DNA from: Moniliella sp. 'wahieum'
Taxonomy: Eukaryota
NCBI GenBank assembly: GCA_003971905.1
Contig: RSEE01000032.1
Span: 1 to 64,000 of the forward strand
DNA length: 64,000 nt
Direction: 5' to 3'
Shown piece after piece: positions 27,951-39,316 of the stretch. A program made the position numbers and the translations under genes. The first letter of the stretch is position 1. Every line of letters begins with the position of its first letter. The notes under the pieces are model-generated. The model did no database searches, had not been told where the DNA came from, and was given only the letters and a program-made list of their open reading frames with translations.

Positions 27951-30306
27951 ACTGTCTCAAAAATGTTCTCCAACAGGCGCACCATGAGCTTGGAAAAGAC
28001 CAAGCTAGTACCATTGTGTCCTACGAAGCACATTTTTTTTGTTTCTCTGGAACGGGGAACGGGCATAGACCACCGCCCCAACGGTACGATTTTATCCTCT
28101 CCATGGCTGTTGGGTTGTCATCCGTCTTAGGACCGCTACGCGGACCCTGTGTCACGCATGAGTCAGCTTTTCCTTGCTTCCGAGCTCGCACCAGAGTCTT
28201 TTCTTCTAGACGATTCGGCAGTCACATAAACTTCTTCGTCGAATACGATGTTCAGTGCTCACATCCAACTAGTAGCGCCGATACCGACTGTATTACATCC
28301 CCATCTACTCATCCCCGAGCTGGTCGCAATGAGTACACACCCACAACCATGAACATTAGCGTCAATCTCGCTCTCTCTGCCACTGACGACACAACGATGG
28401 TGAACAAGCTTGATCCCTGTGGACACCCGCCCGCGAACCTCGGCCACCTATTGATGTCGAAGATGAGGAGCTCAAGGCGATCATCATTGAAGCGCACTAA
28501 CCATGGACCCCATTCTGATATCAGTGATTGCAGGATGTTCGACGACGTCCCTGGTCACGACCCTCCTTCCCTCTGAAATCAGAGAGGACCAGGGTTAATC
28601 AATAACGATATCAGGCTGTTCGGCGATATCCATACTGCCCGAGAAGTGATCAGCAGCGCCACAAATTCCAATGTTGACATGGTGGTCATCGAAATGGGTG
28701 TACATAGATATCATATAGAGACTAGGAAAACAGTATCTCGGCGTCCCTGGGCTCCATATCTCACAACCTTCAGTGCTTCAGGGGGAGACTTATAGTCACA
28801 CTCCGATGATGGCTCAGCGCTCAGTGGGCACCGTCGTGTCGGTATTTAAGATGGGCTGCCAAATGCCCCACCTGATCTCAAAGGCTTCTCAATCTTCTCG
28901 ATAAACTCAGCCTCGTTTTGGTCGCGTGCATTCGTGGTGGCAGTGGGTATGGGAGCCAGTCCATGGCACTCTCGAATGGTTCTATATAGATACTCAGGCA
29001 TTCCAGAGAGAGACAACGAGAAGGATGTGAGGCGTTTAGCAAGCTTCCTGGTCTCATCCGCCGTGAAGACGAGCGCGCATATGACACTTCAGATGAAAAC
29101 TGGCAAACATGTGGGCAATACCGGCAGCATCCCGCCTGAACGCGTTGTCCACCCAGTTATCCACGGATCCAAGCATTAAAAGTGATCAGAACGTGGAGGT
29201 CAGAACGCTGAGGTGGCCGAGCATACTAGTAAGGCAGCGGTCCCGTGCTCCCCGGCTTAGAACCAGTTGGGTTTCCTCATCAGGCCATGAGATGCCAAAG
29301 CCATCCAGACTGGACGGATGGGAGGCACATATCCAGATTGCGGCGTGCTTGGACACCAAATGAAACAGTTGGGTTGATGAACTGGACTCGCCTTTAAATC
29401 TTACACTGCATATCATTGCACGGATATGGCAGACGGACTAACGCGGAGCCAGCATACGCGCTCCCTTAGTGTCTCCCTAACCCCGATCCACCCCGATCCC
29501 AGAGTTCGCTCCCATGTTCCGATCGTGGCTAGCCAGACCATCAATGTTACGGGTCACTGATGGGTGCTGGCTCGCATAAACAACCCACCATATCGAAGCG
29601 TGCTTCCGTCGATCTGTGCGACCAAGATCGAGTCCTTTCCGTAGGGCTGAGGAGACCCGTGCGTGAGCTTAATTTGAGTGCCTACGAGTTCATGCTACTT
29701 CAAATTTGTGGTCTTTTAATTGGCATTGAGCGCATGTGAGCTTTAAGGTGAGCTGTCGGATTTGGACGTCGTCAGTTTCGTGATCCGAGCGTCTCGTTAT
29801 TGTTGTGAGAGTCTACCCTCATGCATTTACGTCCTTTCTGAGAGCGGAGAACGTACCTATTACTTTGGGTCTTCTTCATGTTTGACTGGTGTTGCTGTCA
29901 ATATAATAGCCTTTGTTCTATGTGTGTAAGAACATGATTTCCTTGCGAATCCATCCTTGACCGACCTGCAACACACCCGCATTACTCCACATAGCTCACC
30001 AGCATTACCTCTGACCTCCTTCAGCGACCACCTCTTGGTCTTCCCGATCCTTTCGTCCAGGCATCCTTTCCCGTCGATCTCCATCCAGCTTTCACTTTCC
30101 TCCGCACGGATCCCATCCCGACCCTATACATAGCTGAACAGTTATGTACTAACAGGACCGGTCTGACTCTGTCTTTGTCTGCGCCAACCTTCCAGCCAAT
30201 CTTCAAGGTTCTGCGTCCAGTACACACACGTTAGTAGTCGTGCTTGTTCTGGCGTATATACAATCTTGCCGCGTAGCCGACCCACCAATTCAAAGGCTTC
30301 TCACAT

Positions 30307-32330
30307 TGTTACGGGTTGCGGCGGACCCGAGATGGTCCGATCCAAGCTAAGGTCCGCCTGCTCGGCACGTGCCTCCATTGAATAAAGCGTGCTCCACAGT
30401 CCAACTAAGTGTGATGATAGTTGGTTAAATTAGATGCGGTGACCCGAGAGGCCATGCATTCGCGCGACAATAGTCGCCCCCCACCTACTAAGTAAGTCCA
30501 AATCGGATGGCCTATTAACTAACTACTAAATAAGGCCACCGAGCTTCCAGTATCTTTGCGACGACTGTCGCCTCCTCTGTCCCCGTTTGCTTTTCTTTTC
30601 TGGGTCGCGCCTGCGGCGATTAACACCCTCTTTTTCCTGTCTTCCTTTCTACACCCCTTCCATTCTCGTCTTCACTCTCGTCCCTTTCCGCGACTCCTGC
30701 CCGCTTTCCAGCCAATTGATCCACTGTACTGGCAGGCAGCCTCCTCTTTTGTTAGCCCCCGAAGTTCTCTTCCGACCTCGCCCTGAAGCACTCCATCAGT
30801 CCAGTCGCGCGAGCCTTTCTTCGGCCGCGTCGATTTCCAGTCTCTAACATCTCAGTTGAGGCAGAGTGTTTGTCCACCTCTGCTTCTTCCCGTACCTACC
30901 GACGCCCCGGAGGCTTCAGACACGTTACTACGACCTCAGTCGGTACAGACGCAGCTTTTTTGCCACACGTGCAGCCGCCCCATCAAAGGCCTCTCCTCGT
31001 CCATAGCTCCGCTCGGATTCATCAACTAACCCAAGCCCGAAACTATTACCGTGAGTCGGCTAATCGGATCTCCAATGGATTAGTTGTACCCCCTAGGCCT
31101 TAACCTCCCTGGGCGGGCCCCCTGGCAGCGCCCGCGCGTACAATGCCTGGTGCAGAGAATGTTGGGCGCAGCCTGTTCTCTGCAGCAACAGTGCTTCTTC
31201 AGTTAGGCCCCTGGCTAGCCAAATCTGGCCAGGGGCAAAATACTTGCCTATAGTGCATTGTATGGAGCCCCCCACATGTGAGTGGCGCAATCTGCTCTAC
31301 CCCTCACCGCAGCCCACACGTGACAAGAGCCAGCCAGACCCCCCTGGTCCTGCCTCTTTCCACACACACCCCACCACCATCCCTCGCCGCCGTTCCACCA
31401 GAGTAAGTGCAAAACAGCCCGTCCAGGCAATGCTCGTGCGAGCCCCTCTCCGCGGACCCAGCAATATCGCCAGTCCAGGCACACCCTCACCGTCAACAAC
31501 AAGCTAGGACGTTGGCAGGCAGCCGAAATGGATGAGCTGTACGTGGACGAGCCCCCCCCCCGCCAATCTGACCTCGCCCCCCACCCGCATTCGGACGATC
31601 CTGAATAGCCGCATGTCATGGTGCAGGCGCCCAGGCGAATATATGATCCAGAAAAGTGTCGATAAAGATACCACAAGCGAGACGCACAAGGTCACGCCAG
31701 TGCCACTGGGTAAGAATGGTCGAATTCTTTAGCATGTCGGCCAGATAGCACGTTTTGCTGATGGTGGTCAAGAGTCCACCGCTCCCGGCGCCTCCCCCAC
31801 TAGATCCACCTTCAAGAGGGCCATAGCCAACATCTTCCAGAGGCGGGCAACGCTCGGCACAAGCTATTTGAATGATGAGGTGCGTTAACCCAAACTCCTA
31901 AACCATGAGCTACTAACAAATAACACAGCGTCCAGTTGCCACAGAGCATGCACCGTATCGATCGAGGCAACGGAAGGCGCGCCATTGCAGCCTTTCAGGC
32001 TGATTTCGTGCGTCATAAGTTCCAGTCTACTTTCGCAGCCTCTCTCACCACACGAGCTCACTGCCACCAAGCTGGTACGTACTGGCCTCGCCTCTTCACG
32101 CGTTGCTCTCCTCGCAATATGGCCACATAACTTACTTCACCCGTTCTCATCAGCGCTCTGTTGCTACGTACCGAACGGCATTGACTTCCAGAGGGAAATG
32201 GGATGTGTCTTACACATCAGCTGCCCTGACCCATCTGCCCTGTGCACAGTCTTGCTCAACCGGAGTCTGAACAGCAGCAACCGCTGCAGTGACATTTTCA
32301 GTGCCATCACTGTCTCTTGTCCGATCATAA
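30307..32330 (+). mobile_element. Possible LTR (TGTTAC...TAACA, 30307-30849) followed by decayed gag-like sequence
   Basis: TG...CA termini with short inverted repeat TGTTA/TAACA; downstream broken Pro-rich ORF pieces and STFKRAIANIF / AAFQADFVRH fragments. No TSD, no pol motif and no matching second LTR found. Confidence 0.35.
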
Positions 32331-32867
32331 TTTAAGTACGTCCCCGTCCCGTTGTCGTCCAGCAGGTCATCCGACTTTTTTCATTCATCGCCCCGCAAGC
32401 TATCTCTACTGGGCTGGACGAGTGCATGAGATAATTTCGCGGCCATTGCGGACACGCATCTTCGCAAGGTTACCCTGAAAATTGTATCGCCTAGCGTGCG
32501 ACCCTGTACATTTCACGCACCACCGTCGCATCGCAGTAACCGGGCATAAATAATAGAGACGAGGAGGATGCATGGGACTCGAAGGCACTGCAGTCAACCT
32601 CTTTGGCACAGACGGGACAGACGGCATGGACGATGACCGCACAGACGACTCTGAGACTGAGTAGTGATTCCATACATTCCCAAGACCTCTCAATGGCAAG
32701 CCCTCAAGTCCATATTGACCCATCGCAATGCAAAAAAGTACACTCGAAGACGATTGCACTGCATTCGATGGTGCTAGAATGAGTACTAGTATAAACGTAA
32801 TACCAATAGTAACCCAGGGAGAGCGAGCATAGGAGGATCATATTCGTCAGATACGTCGCCCGTGGGC

Positions 32868-32998
32868 ACGTCAATGACATTTCTGACTTTCAAGGGGTGA
32901 CGTCGGCGACATAACTGACCTGCAGGGGGATGACATCGAGACATATCTGACGTTCAGGGTGGTGCATCGACGACGTCCCTGACCTGCAGCGCGCTGAC
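32868..32998. repeat. Degenerate 32-33 bp tandem repeat, about 4 units
   Basis: Units GACATTTCTGACTTTCAAGGGGTGACGTCGGC / GACATAACTGACCTGCAGGGGGATGACATCGA / GACATATCTGACGTTCAGGGTGGTGCATCGAC / GACGTCCCTGACCTGCAGCGCGCTGAC. Confidence 0.85.
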
Positions 32999-33020
32999 AG
33001 AATTGCCTCACCCGCGCAAA

Positions 33021-34990
33021 TTACTCCTCTGACATTTTTGAAGGTATTTTTATCTTAGACATAATGATGTCTTTTGGTGATCCGCTTGCGATTATCATTG
33101 CCACCATGATTGAGAGGGCAGTGCTAATAAGAGTTCCTTGCACCCCCTCAGTGGGTTGGTAAGAAGCTAGCTTAGCTGAAGACTTGTAGCTCTCCACTTT
33201 GCCTTCACATGCTTTGTCTGAAGTTGCTTTGCAGCTGAACGCTGATACCGTAGGATCATCTTTTGTGTTCCAGCCCATGGACTTAGTCAATGCTATTACA
33301 GATTCCATCTGTAATGCTCGTCCATAAAGGTCACTTGGTTCAGACGAGGAAGCAATTTCATGATGACAACATTGAACCAAAAAGCTGACATTGAACCAAG
33401 AAGAAATTCAAGCCAGGACCGCTTTGACGGTTCGATCCACTGTTGTACCCTTGTCGTCCGAATACTACCTACAGATCACTACACAAATCCTAAACCAAAA
33501 CGAGACCCGTACCTGCTTGCATACTGTGCAAAAAACAATTTATGACGTTTATAATGGAAGCTCTACCCCCCCCAAAGCGATGTTATCCAAACTGCTTCAC
33601 CGATGACCTCAACCGTATCTTGCATTTCCTCTGAGTGATATCATACTATCACTCAAGGTTCTTCCAGACGATCTGAACATATCACCAAATGACAACGGAG
33701 AAAGCAACTTGAGTGCTAGCTAACCATTATTCTAAGGGAAGAGTATAAGAGACTCGGTAAGTGACGCTGTTTCGTTCAAGGTCAGCTGGGTCCAGAGAGG
33801 AGACAAATAATCCCTGTCTATTGATGGGCACAAGCCCCAAGGCAGTAATGCCCAGAACGTCATCATTCCTTTAGAGCAGTTGGTGGGTTGCGCTGAACTC
33901 GCGAGATTTGTCGAGTTGAGTCCCCGAGAGGTGGGTGCTGAAGGTAAGCGCTAACACAAAAATGTCCCAAAACAAAACTGTCGCAGGGCTCACTAGAAGA
34001 CAAGACGCTTCTTGAAGCCGCAGAGGTTGCAACGGAAATAGTATGGGTAGCAACTCGGTATTGTCCTTTGATATCACTAGCGTGTGTCCCCTTGAATGTT
34101 TGACCGGTTAAAGCTCTATCCGACCCATAGACCGGGTGAGTGATAAATCTCGTTGAAATGAGCGCATTCCTTCTAGTGGTATCTATAAGCCAAGTTAGGC
34201 ATGTCCACAGATGGTCGCCCATAGAGACGAGTTTAAATGCAAGAAAGTAGAAAGTGACCCAAATGGATATTTCCGATTAGTCTAATGGATAGATCCTGAA
34301 AGGGTTAATATGTTCGATGCCTGCAACTAGACTTGTGTGAGAAAAGGATAAGGATTGTATGGCATAATGTGGAATAGATGTGGGGTTTATACATCTGGAA
34401 GAGAGAGAGCCCCTAGCAGCTTAATCTCATGACACTACTTGAGAGAGTAGTATCGAGAGTAGGCAATGTCAGAATGAGCCGAAGGTCTGGTTAGCATACC
34501 TTCGTATAAGAGTTGCAGTATCAGGTGTTCTCACTAACAATGACAAGTCCACATCCGTTAAATTTGTAGCCGGGGTGACAGTACTTTTCTCATAGTTGCC
34601 TCGCAGCCAAACCAAAAAAGATGGGGGTTGTTAGTGAAATAATCTGCTTTGCAAAATGACACTAGTGAAAACTGTGGATACCCCCAACGATTAGTCTCAA
34701 TAATGACAGGCAAGACGCAAGAGCATTGCAGTCCACCAAGGATGCAACACAGATACCCCAAGGAAAGCAAGGAGATGCATAGCCTGCTCTCATCTCGAGT
34801 CAGTGTAACTAAGCGAGCATCACTGTCACCCATGGAAAATACAGCAAAACCGTACAAGACCGGAGTATACCCTGCGACAACATTTTGTGAGTTATGTAAC
34901 TTGGGCCAGTTGCTTCCCCTGTAGTGGTGTGGTAGGAATCCTCGGCTCCTTTCCATGTGCGGCTACCCAACAAGGCTGGACGAAGTTCAT
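33021..34990 (-). pseudogene. AT-richer decayed coding relic of unknown family (possible membrane protein)
   Basis: Collinear minus-strand ORF pieces (34558-34956, 33863-34222, 33021-33380) with hydrophobic segments at both ends, in-frame stops between them, and a candidate GTATGC..TTCCAG intron near 34395-34500. Confidence 0.35.
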
Positions 34991-35514
34991 TTTTTTCCTT
35001 TTAACCAGGAGCACCGCACACCAGTCCACCGCTCAGTGTACACACCCATCCGTTCGCGCAGCAAAAAAAAACAAAAAAAAAAAAAAGATCATGAGATGTC
35101 CCGCTTAAGGCGGGGTCCATTGGCGTTTCCACTGGTCATCCCAAGGCGGTTGTATGTGTAGCGATATTTGCTGTCGGAATAGCTTCAACATGAGCATGAT
35201 GTTGGACACGAACGAGACTATTGCATGGGCAGCCTCGGCGATGTGAGCTATGTTCGGCATTGTGTCCGACCGTGATAGAGTCAGTATGGACAATGGGCTC
35301 AGTGCTGGAGAGCCACTGAAGCGCTACTGAGCCTATTGCCCATCCGTGCCCCATAATGGGAACACGCCTGCGTCCAAAGAAGCCGGACGACATCAAGTTT
35401 AGTGTGATCTCGCTTGTGGCCCGTGACCACAAAGTCGTCGCGAGTTTGCCTCGATAGCCTTGCGGATGGCAGGGTTGGAGACGGGAGGGCGGGGGTTAGG
35501 GGGGGGGGGGGTTG

Positions 35515-37873
35515 CTCTGTGCCCCATCCACCATCGCAAGCATCACCTGGCCGATGGGCAGTCCCGGAGGGCATTGGGAAGGGTGCTCGGGCATGAACAG
35601 ATCCAGATCCAGTTTTCGTTTGCGATGGGACGAGCCGAAGCCCATGTTGACCTGTAGCGCGCAACCGGTACCTCCGAAGTGGAGGCGTATAGCAGTACAT
35701 TGATACACTTGGGCCACTGTCCACCACAAACATATCCGGGTCAACGGCAAGCAAAGTGGCAAAGGCCATAATCAGATTTGATTTGGCCGGATATACTGAC
35801 GTTGGGGCAGGTCTATCCGGGTGGACCCAGCCCCTCCTAAAAACGGCCCTTGAAAGCAAGCGCTTCGTCACCTTTCTCACCGCCCTCACCAAGAGTATAT
35901 TTACCACGGCACTGCCCCTGGACGCGAGCTCTCGTTGGCCTCCCGCCTTCCCCCCCTGGAGAAGGCATCGGGAGGTATCCGCCCCTCGCCTGTGGGGAGT
36001 TGATCTACCGCCTGTGCGCCAAGGCCATCGCTCGAGCGATCGCCCCCAACAGCTGGCTTCTCCCCACCCAGCTGGGAGTAGCATCGCAAAACGGGGTGGA
36101 GCCTATCGTATGGATGGTCGAGCGCATGATAGCGCCAGATGGGGAGAACGATGCGGAACTGGGCGACTGACTTCAGCCACGTCGCCATGCTCGACTTTAC
36201 CAACGCGTTCAACACTGTGCGCCGTCGCACACTCGCCAAGGCGCTCCATGCCTACGCCCCCCATCTCCTCACCTTGGGCCGATGGATCTACGATTCCCCC
36301 ACCCAGCTTTGGGTCGCGTCGGGCGGAAATGAGACCAGCGTCCTGTCGGCAGAGGGCGTACGGCAGGGCGACCCCCTCGCCCCCTTTTTCTTCTCCATCG
36401 CAGTGCGGCCCACGCTAGAGAAGTTGAGAGATGCTCTGCCGCAGCCGGGGCACCTGGTGATGGCATACCTGGACGACATTACGAGATCTTCGGTCCAGGG
36501 CCCGGCATTATCGGCTAAGCCGCGGAGATTTTGGAACGACGCGTCAGGCCTCAAGCTCAACCTGCGCAAGTGTGTCGAGCGGGACCGGGACCAGATTCGG
36601 GAGGATGGTCTGCAGGTTCTGGGCACTTGTGTGGGAGGGGTAGACTGTCGTCGATCCTGGCTCCGGGCCCAACTGACCAGTCTGAGGGAGAACATGCTTA
36701 AGTTTGATGGCATCACCCGCCAGGGACGCCTCTTACTATGGCGGCTCGGCAGCACTCAGACCAAGCTGCGCCACCTGCTCCGCACCATGCAGATGGAAGG
36801 AGAGCTAGACGACGTGCTGGCCGAGATTGATGCCTTCATCTGTACGGAGTTCAGACGGATCCGGGCGACGAGGATCCCCAAGGTGCCAAGGACGACCACT
36901 TCGACATGCTCATGAGCCTGCCTCTCCGGATGGGAGGATGTGGCAGCCCGCTTTACTCGTATATTGCGCCCCACCCATGCCGCGGCCAACGAGGTCAACG
37001 ACTATCTTATTACCACTTATGTTGACCCAGCGGGACCGCAAACGGCTACGGCCAACGCATTTACGAAGCAACGCCAACGCTGCCGCGAGATGTGGGAGCA
37101 AAGTCGACAGGAGCTGCTCCAGAAGCTGGGCGCTACCGATGGTCGCCATGTGGTTGAGCACAGCAACCCGCTGAGCCACAACTGGCTCTCCGCCATTCCG
37201 TCCGTCCCGTACCTCAAGCTCTCCGACCAGCAGGTCCAGGTTGGTCTCCAGCTCCGCACGCTGTGCCGTACCACGCGCAGCATGTGCAAGTGCGGTGTCA
37301 TGTCCTCGCTGGAGCAGATCATGTATTGCACCCGCTCCCAGGCCAAGTTTGGTGCGTTGCATGACGCAGTGCGGGAGCCCATTCTCCAGCTCCTACGCTC
37401 CATTCCCGACACCCACGTCCACAACGAAGCTATGGTGGAGGACGAGGATGGCAGGAGATAGTGGACACAGCGCACCGACTACCGCGTGATGGGGCCCGGA
37501 GCACTCGGAGGATCAGGAATGGAGGTCGACCACACGCTGCGCGACACGGGATCGCTGGAGGCGCAGCGCGTTCCGGAGAGGGTGGTGCATGAGAGAACCG
37601 CAACCCCTTGGAATGCCGGGAGAAGGAGCTGCTTCGGATGCTTGAACAAGTAGAATGCGACAAGAACGCCAAGTACCAGGGACGCACTCAAGAGCCGTTT
37701 TTCCCCTGGTTTTGACGACGCGAGGATACTACGGCACCAAGACGGCGGGCAAGTTGTTTGCGCATTGGAAGGAGTGGCTACTAAGTCTCAGTGAAATGGT
37801 TCCTCGCTCGGATGTCAACCACGTTCCTCTGTGTCCACAAGCGCTTCCTAGGGTACGGGACCGGATGGCGTGA
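35515..37873 (+). mobile_element. Non-LTR retrotransposon of CRE clade (RT plus C-terminal restriction-like endonuclease), 5'-truncated
   Basis: GAGLSGWT, KASGGIRPLACGELIYRLCAKAI, LLPTQLGV..NGVEPIV, LDFTNAFNTVRR, EGVRQGDPLAPFFFS, MAYLDDI, GLKLNLRKC, GLQVLG, GWEDV (GGLG-like), NWLSAIP, CKCG..C..LHDAV, RTDYRV, KNAKY, VFPLVLTTRG. This is the layout of Cnl1/MoTeR-like elements. Confidence 0.92.
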
Positions 37874-39316
37874 GCCGGAGGGTCCTGTGATATCCTGGCG
37901 ACCCCCTGGTTCCTTGACCCTGGTGGCGCCCCCAAGTAACCCCCGCAAGAGGAACGGTTAGGTTTAGACGTAGCGTTCCCCCTGTCCCAGCTTTAAGCTC
38001 TGCCAATGAAATGGACGTGATCTAGAGATTACAACAGTAACTCTGGCAAATCCAACCTTAAGCGAGCAGTTCTTGGCCTTCTGTTACCGGCCTCCGCGGA
38101 TTCAATCTAATCGACGGCCCGATGGCCTTGGCAGTCTTAACAGAGATTGCTTAGTTCCCAACCCCAACCCAATTCAATGTTAAAGGGGTTGAGCCATCAT
38201 GTTCGATGATCGATGATCCGAGTGGTCATTAACCTATCAACGTAGTATCTCCTCAGCGAGACGATAGGTGCTCCTTGCCTCTTTATATTATTTTCTGTTC
38301 ACAGTTACCCGCGTTGTGTCCCACGTGTGGGGAGGAAACACCGAGAGGCCACTTCCTTTCTTGTTTCCTTCCCGGGGGAACAGTCTTCCTTCTGGTGATT
38401 GCTTTCCAGTATGTTATGCTTCTCATGACAGGTATTTTTTTACTCTTCTTAGATCGTGACAATATGCCGCACTTCATTTCGACGCCGGCTCCCAACGATC
38501 TGACTGTTGGCATCATTTTCTTTTGTTGAGGTCTCGCAGCAGACCACAATTCTGGGCTTTTGTGCACTTCATTACTTTTGCTCGCAAAGGGTTACCTGTT
38601 TGTGTAAAAAGACGCCCGCTCCGTCCTTTCTTCATCCTGTCTGCTTGGTCGATAATTGGGAGAAAACTGGTAAATGTGGTAGATAAGAGAAAGGGACTGC
38701 TAAGTTTCTATTGCTTCTGGGGGCCGCCCTCGATCGCCCTCCCTTTTCACCTAGATATCAACCGATTGTGGTTCCCTTCATGTTTCCGGCCAGCAAAAGA
38801 TTGTCCCCTATCTGAGCAGCGTCGACGTCACATTATGACGGAAACACCTTGTAGCTATCTCATCCACATGTGCACAATGCACAGCGGAGGCCTATACCCA
38901 AGCCGACTCTCTAAACCAGAATGCACCCCTGGCGGGCACGTATGACCACAGACAGAAGAAAATGAGAGGGGCATCACATTTGATGAAAGCAAGCCAGCTT
39001 GCCTAAGAGCACATCTCAAGGGAAGAAGAACGGGGTGAAAGAGGGTGATGTAGCAGAGAGTAGCTCAACCCAGCTGCCAAGAAGGGCGAGAAAAACAGAC
39101 TGAAGAGAAGAAGGGCGGGGAAAGGAGGCAATGGATGAATCGCGGACCCAGATCGTTGACATCTTCGTTCCCTGTGCAAATATCGTGATCAAGCCCAATC
39201 CCGCGCCGGGGATGTAGTTGTGGGTTGAAAAGGTGATGAAGTAGATATTAGAAGAAGAAAACGAGGCGTCGGAATCGATCGTCGGAACCGATGGGACCAT
39301 CTTGTGAAGGAAACCC

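Noticed and set aside
28539..28553. 15-bp identity (TCGACGACGTCCCTG) with the 33-bp repeat at ~32967
   Set aside because: A single 15-mer match within 64 kb is about what chance predicts; flanks do not align.
29860..30084. Helicase motif III-like IILTATP in a short ORF
   Set aside because: No Walker A/B or other helicase motifs nearby.
32868..32998. CRISPR-like array
   Set aside because: Units are contiguous degenerate tandem copies without unique spacers; eukaryotic context and no cas genes.
35491..35513. True telomere array
   Set aside because: Only one TTAGGG unit within a G-run; kept only as a possible insertion-site feature.
38241..38252. U2 snRNA branch-pairing sequence (GTAGTATCT) as a target of the retroelement
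   Set aside because: Only 9 nt match; flanks do not resemble U2.
26350..39300. Mating-type locus, secondary-metabolite cluster, Starship or Fanzor/TnpB element
   Set aside because: I found no pheromone/receptor or homeodomain genes, PKS/NRPS, tyrosine recombinase captain or RuvC motifs by eye; a profile search would be needed to exclude them fully.
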